Source: an uncultured Muribaculaceae bacterium
Lineage (GTDB): Bacteria > Bacillota_I > Bacilli_A > RF39 > UBA660
Direction of reading: 5' to 3'
Assembly: GCA_964493665.1 (NCBI GenBank)
Contig: CAZBOZ010000001.1
Coordinates: 24,591 to 88,590 of the forward strand
DNA: 64,000 nucleotides
The notes below the pieces were generated by a model. That model was not told the DNA's origin. It was given only the letters and a program-made list of their open reading frames with translations, and did no database searches. A program made the translations under genes and the position numbers. Below, piece by piece: positions 1 through 10,434 of this stretch (positions are counted from its first letter, which is position 1; each line of letters begins with the position of its first letter).

Positions 1-1205
1 CTTTATTTATAAAAGATAAAAATTTATTAATAAGAAAGCAAGCCTTTAAAAATTATTATAAATTTTATAAAGATCATCATAATACAATTAATAGTTTATT
101 TATAAATAGTATTAAAAATGATGATTTTATAGCAAGAACCAGAAAATATAAAAATGCTTTAACCATGTCTTTACACAATGATGATATAAACTTAAGGGTT
201 TATCAAGATGTTATTAAGTCAGTTCATAAGAATGTTGAATTATTACATGATTATTTAAAATTAAAAAAAACAGCTAATAAATTAGATGAACAGCATATGT
301 ATGACGTGTATTTATTTAGTTCTAAATATGATAAAAAAATTTCCTATGAGGAAGCTCAAAATTTAGTTTCAGAGTCAATAAAAGTACTGGGTAATAATTA
401 TTATAATGACTATAAACAAGCCTTTGAAAAGTATTGGTTAGACCCTTTTTATAGAAAAGGTAAATATAGTGGTGCTTATGCATCTGGTTCATATGATACT
501 TACCCTTATGTTTTATTAAATTATAAAGATGATTTCCGTAGTGTTGAAACTTTGGCTCATGAAATGGGTCACGCTATGCATAGTTATTATTCACGCAAAA
601 ATAATTTATATCAAAATGCTTCTTATCCAATCTTTTTAGCCGAAATAGCTAGTAATGTTAATGAAATATTGTTATTTAATTATATGTTAAATAATACTAG
701 TGATAAAGAAGAAAAAAAATTCTTTATTGAGATAATATTAGATTCTTTTAAAGGGAGTATATTTAGACAAACTCAGTTTGCAGAATTTGAAATGATAATT
801 CATGATAAAATAAATAAAAACATATCTTTATCTAGTAAAGAAGTAAGTGATATTTATTATGATTTAAATAAATATTATTATGGCGATAGTGTTATAAACG
901 ATGATTTAATTAGATATGAATATTTAAGAGTCCCTCATTTTTACTCTTCATTTTATGTTTATAAATATGCAACTGGTTTAGCTCTAGCTTATGTTTTTGC
1001 TAGTCGTATCCTAAATAAAGATAAAAGTTCTTTAGAAAATTATCATCAGTTTTTAAAAAGTGGTGGCAAAGATTATCCTTTAAATATTTTAAAAGAATGT
1101 GGAATAGAAGTTAATAGTAGTTTAATAGATGAAGCAATGACGATATTTAAAAAATATTTAAAAGAATATAAAGATTTAGTAGGTGAAATAAATGGCAACA
1201 AATAA
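1..1205 (+). CDS. pepF: oligoendopeptidase F (M3B family), C-terminal portion; the 5' end lies outside the window
   Basis: The frame runs open from nt 3 through to the stop at 1205. It carries the HEMGHAMH zinc-metalloprotease HEXXH motif and has M3 oligoendopeptidase-like C-terminal helical regions. Confidence 0.75.
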   Translation, partial: LFIKDKNLLIRKQAFKNYYKFYKDHHNTINSLFINSIKNDDFIARTRKYKNALTMSLHNDDINLRVYQDVIKSVHKNVELLHDYLKLKKTANKLDEQHMYDVYLFSSKYDKKISYEEAQNLVSESIKVLGNNYYNDYKQAFEKYWLDPFYRKGKYSGAYASGSYDTYPYVLLNYKDDFRSVETLAHEMGHAMHSYYSRKNNLYQNASYPIFLAEIASNVNEILLFNYMLNNTSDKEEKKFFIEIILDSFKGSIFRQTQFAEFEMIIHDKINKNISLSSKEVSDIYYDLNKYYYGDSVINDDLIRYEYLRVPHFYSSFYVYKYATGLALAYVFASRILNKDKSSLENYHQFLKSGGKDYPLNILKECGIEVNSSLIDEAMTIFKKYLKEYKDLVGEINGNK

Positions 1206-2325
1206 AGATTATTATGAAATATTAGGAGTTAGTAAAACAGCAACTCAAGATGAAATAAAAAGCGCTTTTCGTAAAAAAGCTAAAAAATGTCATCCAGATG
1301 TTAATAAAAATACTGAAGCAGAAGCAGAGTTTAAAGAACTTGGAGAGGCCTATGCAGTATTATCAGATGAAACCAAAAGACGTCAATATGACCAATTTGG
1401 TAAAAGTGCTTTTGATGGTAGAAATGCTGGTGGCCAAGGCTTTGGTGGTTTTTCTTCTGGAGATTTTTCGGGTTTTGAAGATATTGATCTAGGAGATATA
1501 TTTAGTCAATTCTTTGGCAATTCCTATGGCTTTGGTAGTAACAGGAGCAAAAGTAAAAGACCAGTTCGTGGTAGTGATACTTTAATTAAAATGAATTTAA
1601 CTTTTGAAGAAGCTGTTTTTGGCACTAATAAAATTATAAAGCTTGATTTAGAGGAAGCATGTCAAGAATGTGATGGTAAAGGTGGCCATGGTGAAAAAAC
1701 TTGCCCGGATTGTGGTGGCAGAGGTAGAGTAGTGGTAGAGCAAAGGAGCTTATTTGGAGTTTTTCAAACTGAAACTACTTGTTCTAGATGTAATGGTAGT
1801 GGGCATATATTTGAAGAAACTTGTAAAAACTGCCGTGGTAAAGGGCGTGTTATCGAAAATAAAGAAATATCTGTAAAAGTTCCAGAAGGAATTGATAATG
1901 GCGATAAAATTCGTTTATCAGGCAAAGGTGAAGCTGGTTACAATGGTGGATCTAATGGTGATTTATATATTGAATTTAATGTTAAAGAACATCCTTTATT
2001 TAAAAGAGAAGGAAATGATATATATTTAGAATTACCAATTACAATAATTGAGGCTACTTTAGGGGCTAAAAAGGAAATTCCAACTCTAGAAGGTAATGTT
2101 GTTTTAACTATTAAAGATGGTACTCAAAGCGGTGATAAATATAAACTTAAAAATAAAGGTATTAAAAAAGATGAGTCAATGTTTAAAGGAGACCTTTATG
2201 TAATTTGTAAAGTTATTATCCCAACAAAATTAAGTGTTGGTCAAAAACATCTGTTGGAGGAATTAAATAATAAAGATTTACTTAATTCAAATGAATTCAA
2301 AAAATTTAATAGCTTTTTAAAATAA
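1192..2325 (+). CDS. dnaJ: molecular chaperone DnaJ
   Basis: N-terminal J domain (YYEILGV, HPD motif), a Gly/Phe-rich linker, four CxxCxGxG zinc-finger repeats and a C-terminal substrate-binding domain. Confidence 0.9.
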   Translation: MATNKDYYEILGVSKTATQDEIKSAFRKKAKKCHPDVNKNTEAEAEFKELGEAYAVLSDETKRRQYDQFGKSAFDGRNAGGQGFGGFSSGDFSGFEDIDLGDIFSQFFGNSYGFGSNRSKSKRPVRGSDTLIKMNLTFEEAVFGTNKIIKLDLEEACQECDGKGGHGEKTCPDCGGRGRVVVEQRSLFGVFQTETTCSRCNGSGHIFEETCKNCRGKGRVIENKEISVKVPEGIDNGDKIRLSGKGEAGYNGGSNGDLYIEFNVKEHPLFKREGNDIYLELPITIIEATLGAKKEIPTLEGNVVLTIKDGTQSGDKYKLKNKGIKKDESMFKGDLYVICKVIIPTKLSVGQKHLLEELNNKDLLNSNEFKKFNSFLK

Positions 2326-2326
2326 C

Positions 2327-2354
2327 TTGACATTGTTTACAAAATGGTTAAAAT
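2327..2354 (+). promoter_or_regulatory. sigma-A-like promoter candidate (TTGACA, 16-nt spacer, TAAAAT); a second TTGACA sits at 2371
   Basis: Consensus -35 hexamer immediately downstream of the dnaJ stop and upstream of ORF 2462. Confidence 0.35.
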
Positions 2355-2461
2355 ATAGTTTACTTATTAATTGACAAATGCAATGTAAATAAATTATTTG
2401 TTTTATTTAATTATTTATAGTAGTTTGATAAAATAAATATGTATTTGGAGGACCTGTTTGT

Positions 2462-2959
2462 ATGGATGCACTTATAAGTAATATAAAATATTTTGGCTCA
2501 TTATTAGTATTTTCAGATTATATTTATTTTGGCCTTATAATATCTTTAATGATTTTATTGGTTGTTTTGCTTTATTTAATTAGAAGCGGTGAAGAGCATC
2601 TAGAATGGGAAAATGCCAATATTAAAAATGTTGATAACGATCAAAGTGATATTATTAAAATAGCTAGAGAAATAGCTGCATCTGATGAGCAATTAAATAT
2701 TGATTTAACGGCTCATGAAATGAAAGAAGAAGAAGATTCTATAATTAGTTATGAGGAACTATTAAAAAGAAATAATAATCATAGCTTAAATTATGAGGAA
2801 GATTTAAGTAATAGTGATATATCAATTAAAAGAGTAGATATTATTAGTTCAATATCACCCAAAGAAGAAGAAACAAAGTTTAAACCATTAACTTTAAGCT
2901 ATGAAAAAGAGGAAGCCTTACTAGCGGCTTTAAAACAATTACAAAAGAATTTATCTTAA
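2462..2959 (+). CDS. hypothetical membrane-anchored protein with an acidic C-terminal region
   Basis: ORF with an N-terminal hydrophobic helix (LIISLMILLVVLLYLI) and a Glu/Asp-rich tail. No family recognised. Confidence 0.45.
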   Translation: MDALISNIKYFGSLLVFSDYIYFGLIISLMILLVVLLYLIRSGEEHLEWENANIKNVDNDQSDIIKIAREIAASDEQLNIDLTAHEMKEEEDSIISYEELLKRNNNHSLNYEEDLSNSDISIKRVDIISSISPKEEETKFKPLTLSYEKEEALLAALKQLQKNLS

Positions 2960-2980
2960 AGCCTTTAAGGCTTTTTTTAA
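2957..2980 (+). terminator. rho-independent terminator candidate
   Basis: Hairpin aagcctttaaggctt followed by a T-run, directly after the stop of ORF 2462-2959. Confidence 0.5.
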
Positions 2981-2995
2981 GTAAGGAGGGTATAT

Positions 2996-4219
2996 ATGAA
3001 AAAAGTGGAGTTACTAGCACCAGCTGGTTCATTAGAAGTATTAAAAGTAGCTATTATGTATGGCGCTGATGCTGTATATATTGGTGGCGATGCTTTTGGT
3101 CTTAGAGCTAATGCTAAAAATTTCTCTATAGATGATATGAAAGAAGCTATTGATTTTGCTCACCAAAATAATGCTAAGGTTTATGTAACAGCTAATATTA
3201 TTGCTCATAATAATGATTTAGAGGGTATAGAAGAATATTTTAAAGAATTAAATACTATTAAACCAGATGCTCTTATAATATCTGATTTAGGGGTTTTTAA
3301 TATAGCTAAAAAGATCTGTCCAAATATAGATATTCATATTTCTACTCAAGCTAATGCTACTAATTATGAAACATTTAATATGTGGTATAACTTAGGAGCA
3401 TCTAGAGTGGTATGTGCCAGAGAATTGTCTTTAGAGGAAATAAAAGACATTAAAAAATATACTAATAATGGTGAAATAGAAGCTTTTGTTCATGGAGCTA
3501 TGTGTATATCATATTCAGGAAGATGTTTGCTTAGTAGTTACTTTACGCATCGCAGTGCTAATTTAGGAGATTGTTCTCATCCTTGTCGTTGGAAATATCA
3601 TGTAGTAGAAGAAACTAGACCAAATGAATATATGCCTATCTTGGAAAATGAAAGAGGAACATTTATTTTTAACTCTAAAGACTTATGCATGATAGATCAT
3701 TTAGATGATGTAATATCTTCAGGAGTTGATTCATTAAAAGTAGAAGGTAGAATGAAATCGGCTTTATATGTAGCGACAGTTATAAAGGCTTATAGAGAAG
3801 CAATAGATGATTATTATAAAGATAAAGAATTATATAAAGAAAATATTAATAATTATAAATCTCAAATCTATAATTGTACTTATCGAGAATTTACAACTGG
3901 TTTTTACTATGGTAAAACTGATGAAACAAGTCAAATATATGATGAAAGCACTTATAATAAAGGATATACTTATTTAGGGACCATCTTAAGTATCGAAAAT
4001 GGAATGTATAAAATAATCCAACATAATAAATTTGTTAAAGGCGAAACAATTGAAATAATGACCCCAACTAAAGATAATATTAAAGTAAAAGTTAATAGAA
4101 TATTTAATTCTAAAAATGAAGAACTAGAAGAAGCTAATTGCGGAACAGAAGTGTTATTATTAGATTTAGATAATAAGAATTTAAAAGAATTTGATATTTT
4201 AAAAAGAAAAGAAGATTAA
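2996..4219 (+). CDS. peptidase U32 family protein (collagenase-like; possibly tRNA hydroxylation related)
   Basis: The N-terminal MKKVELLAPAGSLEVLKVAIMYGADAVYIGG is typical of U32 peptidases. A Cys-rich central region is present. Confidence 0.8.
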   Translation: MKKVELLAPAGSLEVLKVAIMYGADAVYIGGDAFGLRANAKNFSIDDMKEAIDFAHQNNAKVYVTANIIAHNNDLEGIEEYFKELNTIKPDALIISDLGVFNIAKKICPNIDIHISTQANATNYETFNMWYNLGASRVVCARELSLEEIKDIKKYTNNGEIEAFVHGAMCISYSGRCLLSSYFTHRSANLGDCSHPCRWKYHVVEETRPNEYMPILENERGTFIFNSKDLCMIDHLDDVISSGVDSLKVEGRMKSALYVATVIKAYREAIDDYYKDKELYKENINNYKSQIYNCTYREFTTGFYYGKTDETSQIYDESTYNKGYTYLGTILSIENGMYKIIQHNKFVKGETIEIMTPTKDNIKVKVNRIFNSKNEELEEANCGTEVLLLDLDNKNLKEFDILKRKED

Positions 4220-4220
4220 A

Positions 4221-5486
4221 ATGAGAGTAAAAATAGTTACTTTGGGATGCAAAGTAAATATGTATGAAAGTGAATATATAAAAGAATCTTTTATTAATAA
4301 TGGCGATAAAACAGTGGATGATAACGCCGATGTAGTTGTTATTAATACCTGTAGTGTTACTAATCAAGCTGATCAAAAAAGTCGTAAAATGATTAGAAGA
4401 AATAAAAATGAAAATAAAAAAGCTATAATAGTCGTTTGTGGTTGTATGACTGAAAACCATCAACAAGATTTAAAAGAGCTAAACATTGATATATTAATTG
4501 GTTCTAAAGATAAAAGTAAGATAGTTAATTTGGTAAAAGAGTATTCAAATAATAAAAAATCAATAAAACAATTTTATAATTTAGAGAACATCCCATTTGA
4601 AGATATGTTCATAACTAATTTTGGAAATAAAACCAGAGCTATTGTAAAAATAGAAGATGGTTGTAATAATTTTTGTACATATTGCACAATACCTTATGTA
4701 AGAGGAAGAGAAAGAAGTAAAAATTTTACTAAAATTATTAAAGAAGTAAAAGAACTTACTAAAAATGGTTATCAAGAAATAGTATTAACGGGGATTCATA
4801 CGGGTAATTATCAATATAAGGGGAAGCGTTTAGTAGATGTCATTCATGAAATATCTAAAATAAAAGAATTAAAAAGAATAAGGATTTCTAGTATTGAAAT
4901 TAAAGAAATAGATGATAAATTTTTAAATGAACTTAAAAGCAATCCCAAAATATGTAATCATCTTCATATACCACTTCAAAGTGGTAGCGATAATACTTTG
5001 AAGACTATGCATCGTAGATATAATACTAAAGAGTATTTAAATATTATTAATAAAATAAGACAAGTAAGAAAAGATATAAATATAACTACTGATGTTATAG
5101 TAGGATTTCCTACTGAAACTAATAAAGACTTTTTAGACAGTATAAAATTTATTAAAAAAATTAAATTTTCTAAAATCCATGTATTCCCTTATTCTAAAAG
5201 AGATAATACTTTAGCAGCTAAATTAAACAATATAGTTAGTGATGAAGATAAAAAATCAAGATCTATTAAGTTAATAGATTTATCCAATAAATTGGAATTA
5301 AAATATGCTAAAAAATTTATTAGTAAAAAGTTAGATGTATTAATAGAGAAGAGTGATGCTATTAGTAATGGCCATACTTCTAATTATTTAAATGTTTTCA
5401 TAAAAGAAAAATTAATCAAAAACAAAAAATATAAAATAAAAATAATAAATATTAAAGATGGACAAATATATGGAGAATTAAAATAA
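4221..5486 (+). CDS. mtaB: radical-SAM methylthiotransferase MtaB (tRNA ms2t6A), MiaB-like
   Basis: MTTase N-domain, radical-SAM CNNFCTYCTIP motif, and EIVLTGIHTG / RIRISSIE / NHLHIPLQSGS blocks that match YqeV/MtaB. Confidence 0.8.
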   Translation: MRVKIVTLGCKVNMYESEYIKESFINNGDKTVDDNADVVVINTCSVTNQADQKSRKMIRRNKNENKKAIIVVCGCMTENHQQDLKELNIDILIGSKDKSKIVNLVKEYSNNKKSIKQFYNLENIPFEDMFITNFGNKTRAIVKIEDGCNNFCTYCTIPYVRGRERSKNFTKIIKEVKELTKNGYQEIVLTGIHTGNYQYKGKRLVDVIHEISKIKELKRIRISSIEIKEIDDKFLNELKSNPKICNHLHIPLQSGSDNTLKTMHRRYNTKEYLNIINKIRQVRKDINITTDVIVGFPTETNKDFLDSIKFIKKIKFSKIHVFPYSKRDNTLAAKLNNIVSDEDKKSRSIKLIDLSNKLELKYAKKFISKKLDVLIEKSDAISNGHTSNYLNVFIKEKLIKNKKYKIKIINIKDGQIYGELK

Positions 5487-5540
5487 TACTATTTATTAGT
5501 ATTATTTTTTATGCTAATATGTTATTAGGATAGTGATATT

Positions 5541-6119
5541 GTGAATTCTAAAGATAACTTAAAATATAATTCTATAAACCATGGAGTAGTATCTTATAAC
5601 AGAGGAGCTATCGAAAATGTTAGGGCTAAAAGCTCTGGGAATAAGGCCCATATAAAAAGGAAATCACCTTTAAAAAAGTTTGTTACTAATGTTAAAATAT
5701 TTGGTTTTGTAATGTTGGTAGTAGTTCCAGCTGTTTCAGGAGTTGTATTAGCAGTAGGTTATCGTGGTGAGATGGACAATATAAATAGTTCAACTAAATA
5801 TGAGTATGTTGATAAACTTGGGTCAATAATGAACAACTATTCTGAAACTGATTTTCTAAAAGTTGCCGATGATACTATTGAAGCAATAAAAAAACAAAAA
5901 GGACCAGAAGAAGATCTTTTATATATACAAGAAAGTATTCCTAGAATAGAATACTTAAGAAGTCAAGGGATGACTGAAGAAATGGCTCTAAGATACAAAA
6001 CAATTCTAGCTATAGCCAGTAAATATGGTGTTTTCTTGCCAGGACAGGACTATTCAATGCCAACATTTTTTGAATATATTGAAGATACGTTTGGGAATAA
6101 AGGCCAAAAAATTAATTGA
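5541..6119 (+). CDS. hypothetical protein with one TM helix
   Basis: ORF with a basic N-terminal region followed by one hydrophobic helix (IFGFVMLVVVPAVSGVVLAVGY). Confidence 0.4.
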   Translation: MNSKDNLKYNSINHGVVSYNRGAIENVRAKSSGNKAHIKRKSPLKKFVTNVKIFGFVMLVVVPAVSGVVLAVGYRGEMDNINSSTKYEYVDKLGSIMNNYSETDFLKVADDTIEAIKKQKGPEEDLLYIQESIPRIEYLRSQGMTEEMALRYKTILAIASKYGVFLPGQDYSMPTFFEYIEDTFGNKGQKIN

Positions 6120-6165
6120 CAAAGTCCATTTTTATGCTAAAATACCTATTGCAAATGGAGAAATT

Positions 6166-6921
6166 ATGAAAAAGGCCATATTGATATTACATGGTTTTGG
6201 GGGTAGCCCTAAAAGTCATGATAAATTAATTGAATATATAAGGGATAACTCAAAAGTAGATCCCTTTATTTTTACTATGCCTGGCCATGGAGATAATGAA
6301 ATATGTCATGCTACAAGAAAAGATTATTTAAGCAAATCTGAAAGTGAATTACAAAGATTTATAGATTTAGGGTATGAAGATATCACAGTTTATGGTTTCA
6401 GTATGGGTGGCTCTATTGCTACTTATTTAGCCACTGTTTTTCCAGAAATCACAAGATTAATTATAGCAGCTCCGTCATATGCCTTTCCTAAAAATAAAGA
6501 AAAAAAGCTAATGGATTCAATATCAAGTGATGAAGACAAGACTCATTTAATAGAAAAAAATGCCAGACTAAGTTTTCTTGAGTTTTTAAGAAGATTCCCT
6601 ATAGATGCAAATATCAGCTTTTTAAATTTGAGAAAGTTTTGTAATATGGATGTTCCTTTATTAGATAAACCAACTTTATATTTACATGGTGATATAGATT
6701 ATTTTGCTTCTAAAACAACTTCCTTTTTGGGATTCTTACAAAATAAAAACATAAATAGAACTTATGTAACTCTAAATGGGGCTTCTCATGATATGTATGA
6801 TAGCGAATGGGAAGAATTAATTTATAGTTTAATATGTAAATATGCAAATGGAGAGATTATTCCTTTAGGGTTTTTTGAGCAAACTGATGAATTTATACAA
6901 AAATTACAACTAAAAAGATAA
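6166..6921 (+). CDS. alpha/beta hydrolase (esterase/lipase family)
   Basis: The ILILHGFGGSP oxyanion region and the GFSMGG nucleophile elbow. The start was moved to the internal ATG at 6166. Confidence 0.7.
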   Translation: MKKAILILHGFGGSPKSHDKLIEYIRDNSKVDPFIFTMPGHGDNEICHATRKDYLSKSESELQRFIDLGYEDITVYGFSMGGSIATYLATVFPEITRLIIAAPSYAFPKNKEKKLMDSISSDEDKTHLIEKNARLSFLEFLRRFPIDANISFLNLRKFCNMDVPLLDKPTLYLHGDIDYFASKTTSFLGFLQNKNINRTYVTLNGASHDMYDSEWEELIYSLICKYANGEIIPLGFFEQTDEFIQKLQLKR

Positions 6922-6946
6922 ATAAATTATCTTTTTTTATTTTATA

Positions 6947-6975
6947 TTTACAAACAAATGTATGAATAGTATAAT
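6947..6975 (+). promoter_or_regulatory. promoter candidate TTTACA-17-TATAAT upstream of recD2
   Basis: Near-consensus -35 and -10 hexamers with a 17-nt spacer, about 18 nt upstream of the RBS and ATG at 6993. Confidence 0.45.
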
Positions 6976-6992
6976 TCATATAAGGAGAAACT

Positions 6993-9164
6993 ATGAATTA
7001 TATAAAAGGTAATTTTAGAAGCATTATATTTGAAGGTAATAATGGGTATAAAATAGGTTTATTTAAAATAAAAGAAACCAATGATGAAGAAATGCAAGAT
7101 TTTTTAAATAAAGTAATTACTTTTACTGGTTATTTTACTGATTTAAACAAAGAAGATAAATATCTTTTTTATGGGTCTTTAACTAACCATGAAAGATATG
7201 GTATTCAATATGCTGTGAAAAATTATGAAAAAGTAGTCCCCGAAGGTAAAGAAGCAGTTATTGAATTTTTGTCTTCCTCGTTAATTAAGGGCTGTGGTGA
7301 AAAAACAGCAATTAAAATCGTTGAAACTCTTGGTGAAGAAGCTATTAATAAAATAAAAGAAAATTATCAGAATTTGTTAATTATACCCAGCATAACTGAT
7401 AGCAAAGCTTTGAAAATATATAATTCAATTATGAAATATGCTGCTATAGACGAAATAATTATTCAATTAAAAGAATATGGTTTTAGTACTCCGGAAGTTA
7501 CTAATATTATTAGTATTTATAATGAAAAATCTTTAAATATAGTTAAAGAAAATATTTATTTATTAAAAGAATTAATTTCTTTTGACAAATTAGATAATAT
7601 TTTTATTAAATTTAATGATACTTTAGATAGTGTTAGAATAAAAGCTTGTATATTAGAAGTTATGAATAGATTGACTTTTGTAAATGGTGATACATACCAT
7701 TATTTAAATGAAATTATTAGTGGGTTGAAACAAATGTTTAAAATAATTCTTGAAGAAGATAATTTTAATTATATATTGGAAAGTTTAATAAAAGATAAAT
7801 ATATTATTGTAGATGAAGATAAATATTATTTAAGAGAATTTTATAATATGGAGTTAAATATTAGCAAAAGTTTAATAGAAATAAATGGCAATAAAAAAGC
7901 CAGTTATTCTAAAATAGATTCTATAATTTCTAAAATAGAGGATAAAATTAAATTTGATAAAACTCAAATAGAAGCCATAAAAAAAGCTTTAAATAATAAT
8001 ATAACAATAATTACAGGTGGTCCAGGAACCGGTAAAACAACAATTGTAAAGGCCATATTAAAAGCATTTAATATTTTAAATAACTATAGTGAAGGAGAAA
8101 GTATATTAAATGTGGCATTACTTGCCCCAACTGGTAGAGCTAGCAAAAAATTATCAGAAGTAACAGGTATAGGAGCAATGACTATTCATCGTTTCTTAAA
8201 GTGGTATAAAGAATCAAATACATTTGAATATAATGAAGATAACAAGATATATAAAAAATTAGTTATTATTGATGAAGTTAGTATGATTGATACTTTCTTG
8301 TTTGATTCTTTAATGAAGGGATTAAATCATGATTTAAAGTTAGTTTTAATAGGTGATGAAAACCAATTACCAAGTGTCGGTGGTGGGTTAATCCTAAATG
8401 ATTTGATAGACACAAATATTTTTGATCATATTTTACTTACTAAAATATTTAGACAAAAAAGTGAATCTTTTATACCTTATTTAGCTAAAGAAATAAAAAA
8501 CAGGAAATTAAGTACTGATTATTTTAGCATAAAAGATGACTTTAATTTTATTGAAACTAGCCCTAATAAAATTAAGATGAGTATTGAGAATATTTGTAAA
8601 AGAGGCTTAGAAAAAGGTATAACGGAAAAAGATTTAATAGTTTTGGCTCCCATGTATAAGGGTGAAAATGGCATTGATAATTTAAATGTTGTTTTACAAA
8701 ATTTATATAATGAAAAATCCCCTCATAAAAATGAATTTCATGTTGGCGATGTTACTTTCAGAGAAGGGGACAAAGTAATTCAATTAACTAATGATGTGGA
8801 TCATAATGTTTTTAATGGCGATATAGGATATATATTAGAAATTAATTCTAAAAACAAAGAGGTTTTAATAGTGGATTTTGATGGTAATTTAGTGCCATAC
8901 AAAAAAGAAGATTTAATTCATTTAAAACATGCTTATGCTATATCAGTTCATAAGAGCCAAGGTAGCGAGTTTAATCATGTGATTTTCCCAATCACACCAG
9001 CATTTAGTAAGATGCTTTATAATAAGCTTATTTATACAGGGGTATCTAGAGCTAAAAAAAGTTTAATAATAGTTGGAGATAAGCTATCTTTTGAAAGGGG
9101 AGTTAAGAACAATTATAGTATTAATCGTAAAACCAGCTTAAAAGAAAGGATAAGGGAAATATAA
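6993..9164 (+). CDS. recD2: ATP-dependent RecD-like DNA helicase (RecD2)
   Basis: 723 aa with N-terminal HhH-like regions, Walker A ITGGPGTGKTT, Walker B IIDEVSM and a C-terminal SH3-like helicase domain. Confidence 0.8.
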   Translation: MNYIKGNFRSIIFEGNNGYKIGLFKIKETNDEEMQDFLNKVITFTGYFTDLNKEDKYLFYGSLTNHERYGIQYAVKNYEKVVPEGKEAVIEFLSSSLIKGCGEKTAIKIVETLGEEAINKIKENYQNLLIIPSITDSKALKIYNSIMKYAAIDEIIIQLKEYGFSTPEVTNIISIYNEKSLNIVKENIYLLKELISFDKLDNIFIKFNDTLDSVRIKACILEVMNRLTFVNGDTYHYLNEIISGLKQMFKIILEEDNFNYILESLIKDKYIIVDEDKYYLREFYNMELNISKSLIEINGNKKASYSKIDSIISKIEDKIKFDKTQIEAIKKALNNNITIITGGPGTGKTTIVKAILKAFNILNNYSEGESILNVALLAPTGRASKKLSEVTGIGAMTIHRFLKWYKESNTFEYNEDNKIYKKLVIIDEVSMIDTFLFDSLMKGLNHDLKLVLIGDENQLPSVGGGLILNDLIDTNIFDHILLTKIFRQKSESFIPYLAKEIKNRKLSTDYFSIKDDFNFIETSPNKIKMSIENICKRGLEKGITEKDLIVLAPMYKGENGIDNLNVVLQNLYNEKSPHKNEFHVGDVTFREGDKVIQLTNDVDHNVFNGDIGYILEINSKNKEVLIVDFDGNLVPYKKEDLIHLKHAYAISVHKSQGSEFNHVIFPITPAFSKMLYNKLIYTGVSRAKKSLIIVGDKLSFERGVKNNYSINRKTSLKERIREI

Positions 9165-9235
9165 AGCAATTACTTTTGTTTTATATTTCTTTTTACTTAT
9201 TTTTTGTTATAATTAATTAAAGAAGGGTGATATAG

Positions 9236-10426
9236 ATGAATAAAAAATTATTAGAGAGTAATAATGAAAATACTAATGAAGTAATGACTTTAACTAGTAA
9301 AATATTAAAGATATTATATTTTGTTATTATTATTGGTATAGTTTATCTTTTAATAAGGATTTTAAAAGAATCAGGAGTTTTTGATTTTTTACTAAAATTT
9401 CTTAAAATATTATCGCCATTATTTGCTGGGTTTATTATAGCTTGGTTATTTAATCCTTTAGTTACTAAATTAAGCAAAAAAGGAATGAGCAGGATTATTT
9501 CTACAGGAATTGTTTATATAGTCTTTTTAGGTTTAATATTTTTATTTTTAAGGCTATTAATTCCTAATTTATCTGATCAGATAAATGATCTCATAAATAC
9601 TATTCCTTCTATTTTTAATGGTATTAATAATTTTATTTCTAAAGTTTTTGATAGCTTTAAAGCCATTGATGGCTTTGATGTCATAAAAGCTAAAGCTGAT
9701 GCCATTTCAACAATTAGTGGATATGCTGCCAATATATCTTCTAATTTGCCCAATATATTAATAAATATTGTCACAGCACTAGTTTCTGGTGTTGGTAAAT
9801 TTATTATAAGTTTAGTAATAGGATTTTATATGCTATTTAATTTTGATAGTACTAATAATCATTTAATGAGCTTATTACCTAAAAAACATCGTTATGAAGC
9901 CAGAATTTTAGTAGGTGAAATAAGCACTCAGTTGCATCGGTATGTAAATGGAGTTTTATTAATAGCAGCTGTTATGTCAGTGGCTTGCTCTATTGGCTTT
10001 TGGATAGCAGGATTGAAAGCTCCATATTTATTTGGGGTATTTTGTGGTATAACAGATATTATTCCTTATGTAGGACCATATATGGGTGGCATACCAGCAG
10101 TATTAGTTGGATTTAGCCAAAGTGCTACAGTTGGTACGGTAACTATCTTTGTAATAATAATTATTCAATTATTAGAAAATTATTTATTACAGCCGGTTAT
10201 TATGAGTAAAACAATGAAACTTCATCCAGTAACTATTATGATTGGTTTAATTTCTTTTGGTTACTTCTTTGGTATATGGGGAATGGTTTTAGCTACACCA
10301 ACCATTGCCTTACTTAAAATATTAGGCAATTATTTTATAAACAAATATAACTTGTTTGATTATGACAATGATCCAACTGAAGTAATTGATGTAAAAGAAA
10401 TTAAAAAAAGGGCTAAAGCAAAATAG
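9236..10426 (+). CDS. AI-2E family transporter (PerM-like)
   Basis: Multi-TM protein of about 400 aa with the AI-2E / UPF0118 topology and conserved C-terminal helices. Confidence 0.7.
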   Translation: MNKKLLESNNENTNEVMTLTSKILKILYFVIIIGIVYLLIRILKESGVFDFLLKFLKILSPLFAGFIIAWLFNPLVTKLSKKGMSRIISTGIVYIVFLGLIFLFLRLLIPNLSDQINDLINTIPSIFNGINNFISKVFDSFKAIDGFDVIKAKADAISTISGYAANISSNLPNILINIVTALVSGVGKFIISLVIGFYMLFNFDSTNNHLMSLLPKKHRYEARILVGEISTQLHRYVNGVLLIAAVMSVACSIGFWIAGLKAPYLFGVFCGITDIIPYVGPYMGGIPAVLVGFSQSATVGTVTIFVIIIIQLLENYLLQPVIMSKTMKLHPVTIMIGLISFGYFFGIWGMVLATPTIALLKILGNYFINKYNLFDYDNDPTEVIDVKEIKKRAKAK

Positions 10427-10434
10427 GTGATAAG

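Noticed and set aside
1298-1492. Nested or overlapping short ORFs throughout. Examples are 1298-1492, 4134-4466, 4581-4775, 9577-9774, 14399-14599, 15513-15860, 18628-18828, 21755-21952, 27020-27205, 28016-28198, 31223-31540, 33581-33868, 36007-36363, 37582-37773, 39057-39272, 39695-40021, 43725-43928, 50432-50763, 54651-54833, 56372-56581, 56813-57088, 60040-60409, 61097-61351 and 62900-63103
   Set aside because: All lie within or antisense to strongly supported conserved genes. Their low-complexity, Phe/Ile/Leu-rich translations are typical of random frames in AT-rich DNA, and they show no RBS signals.
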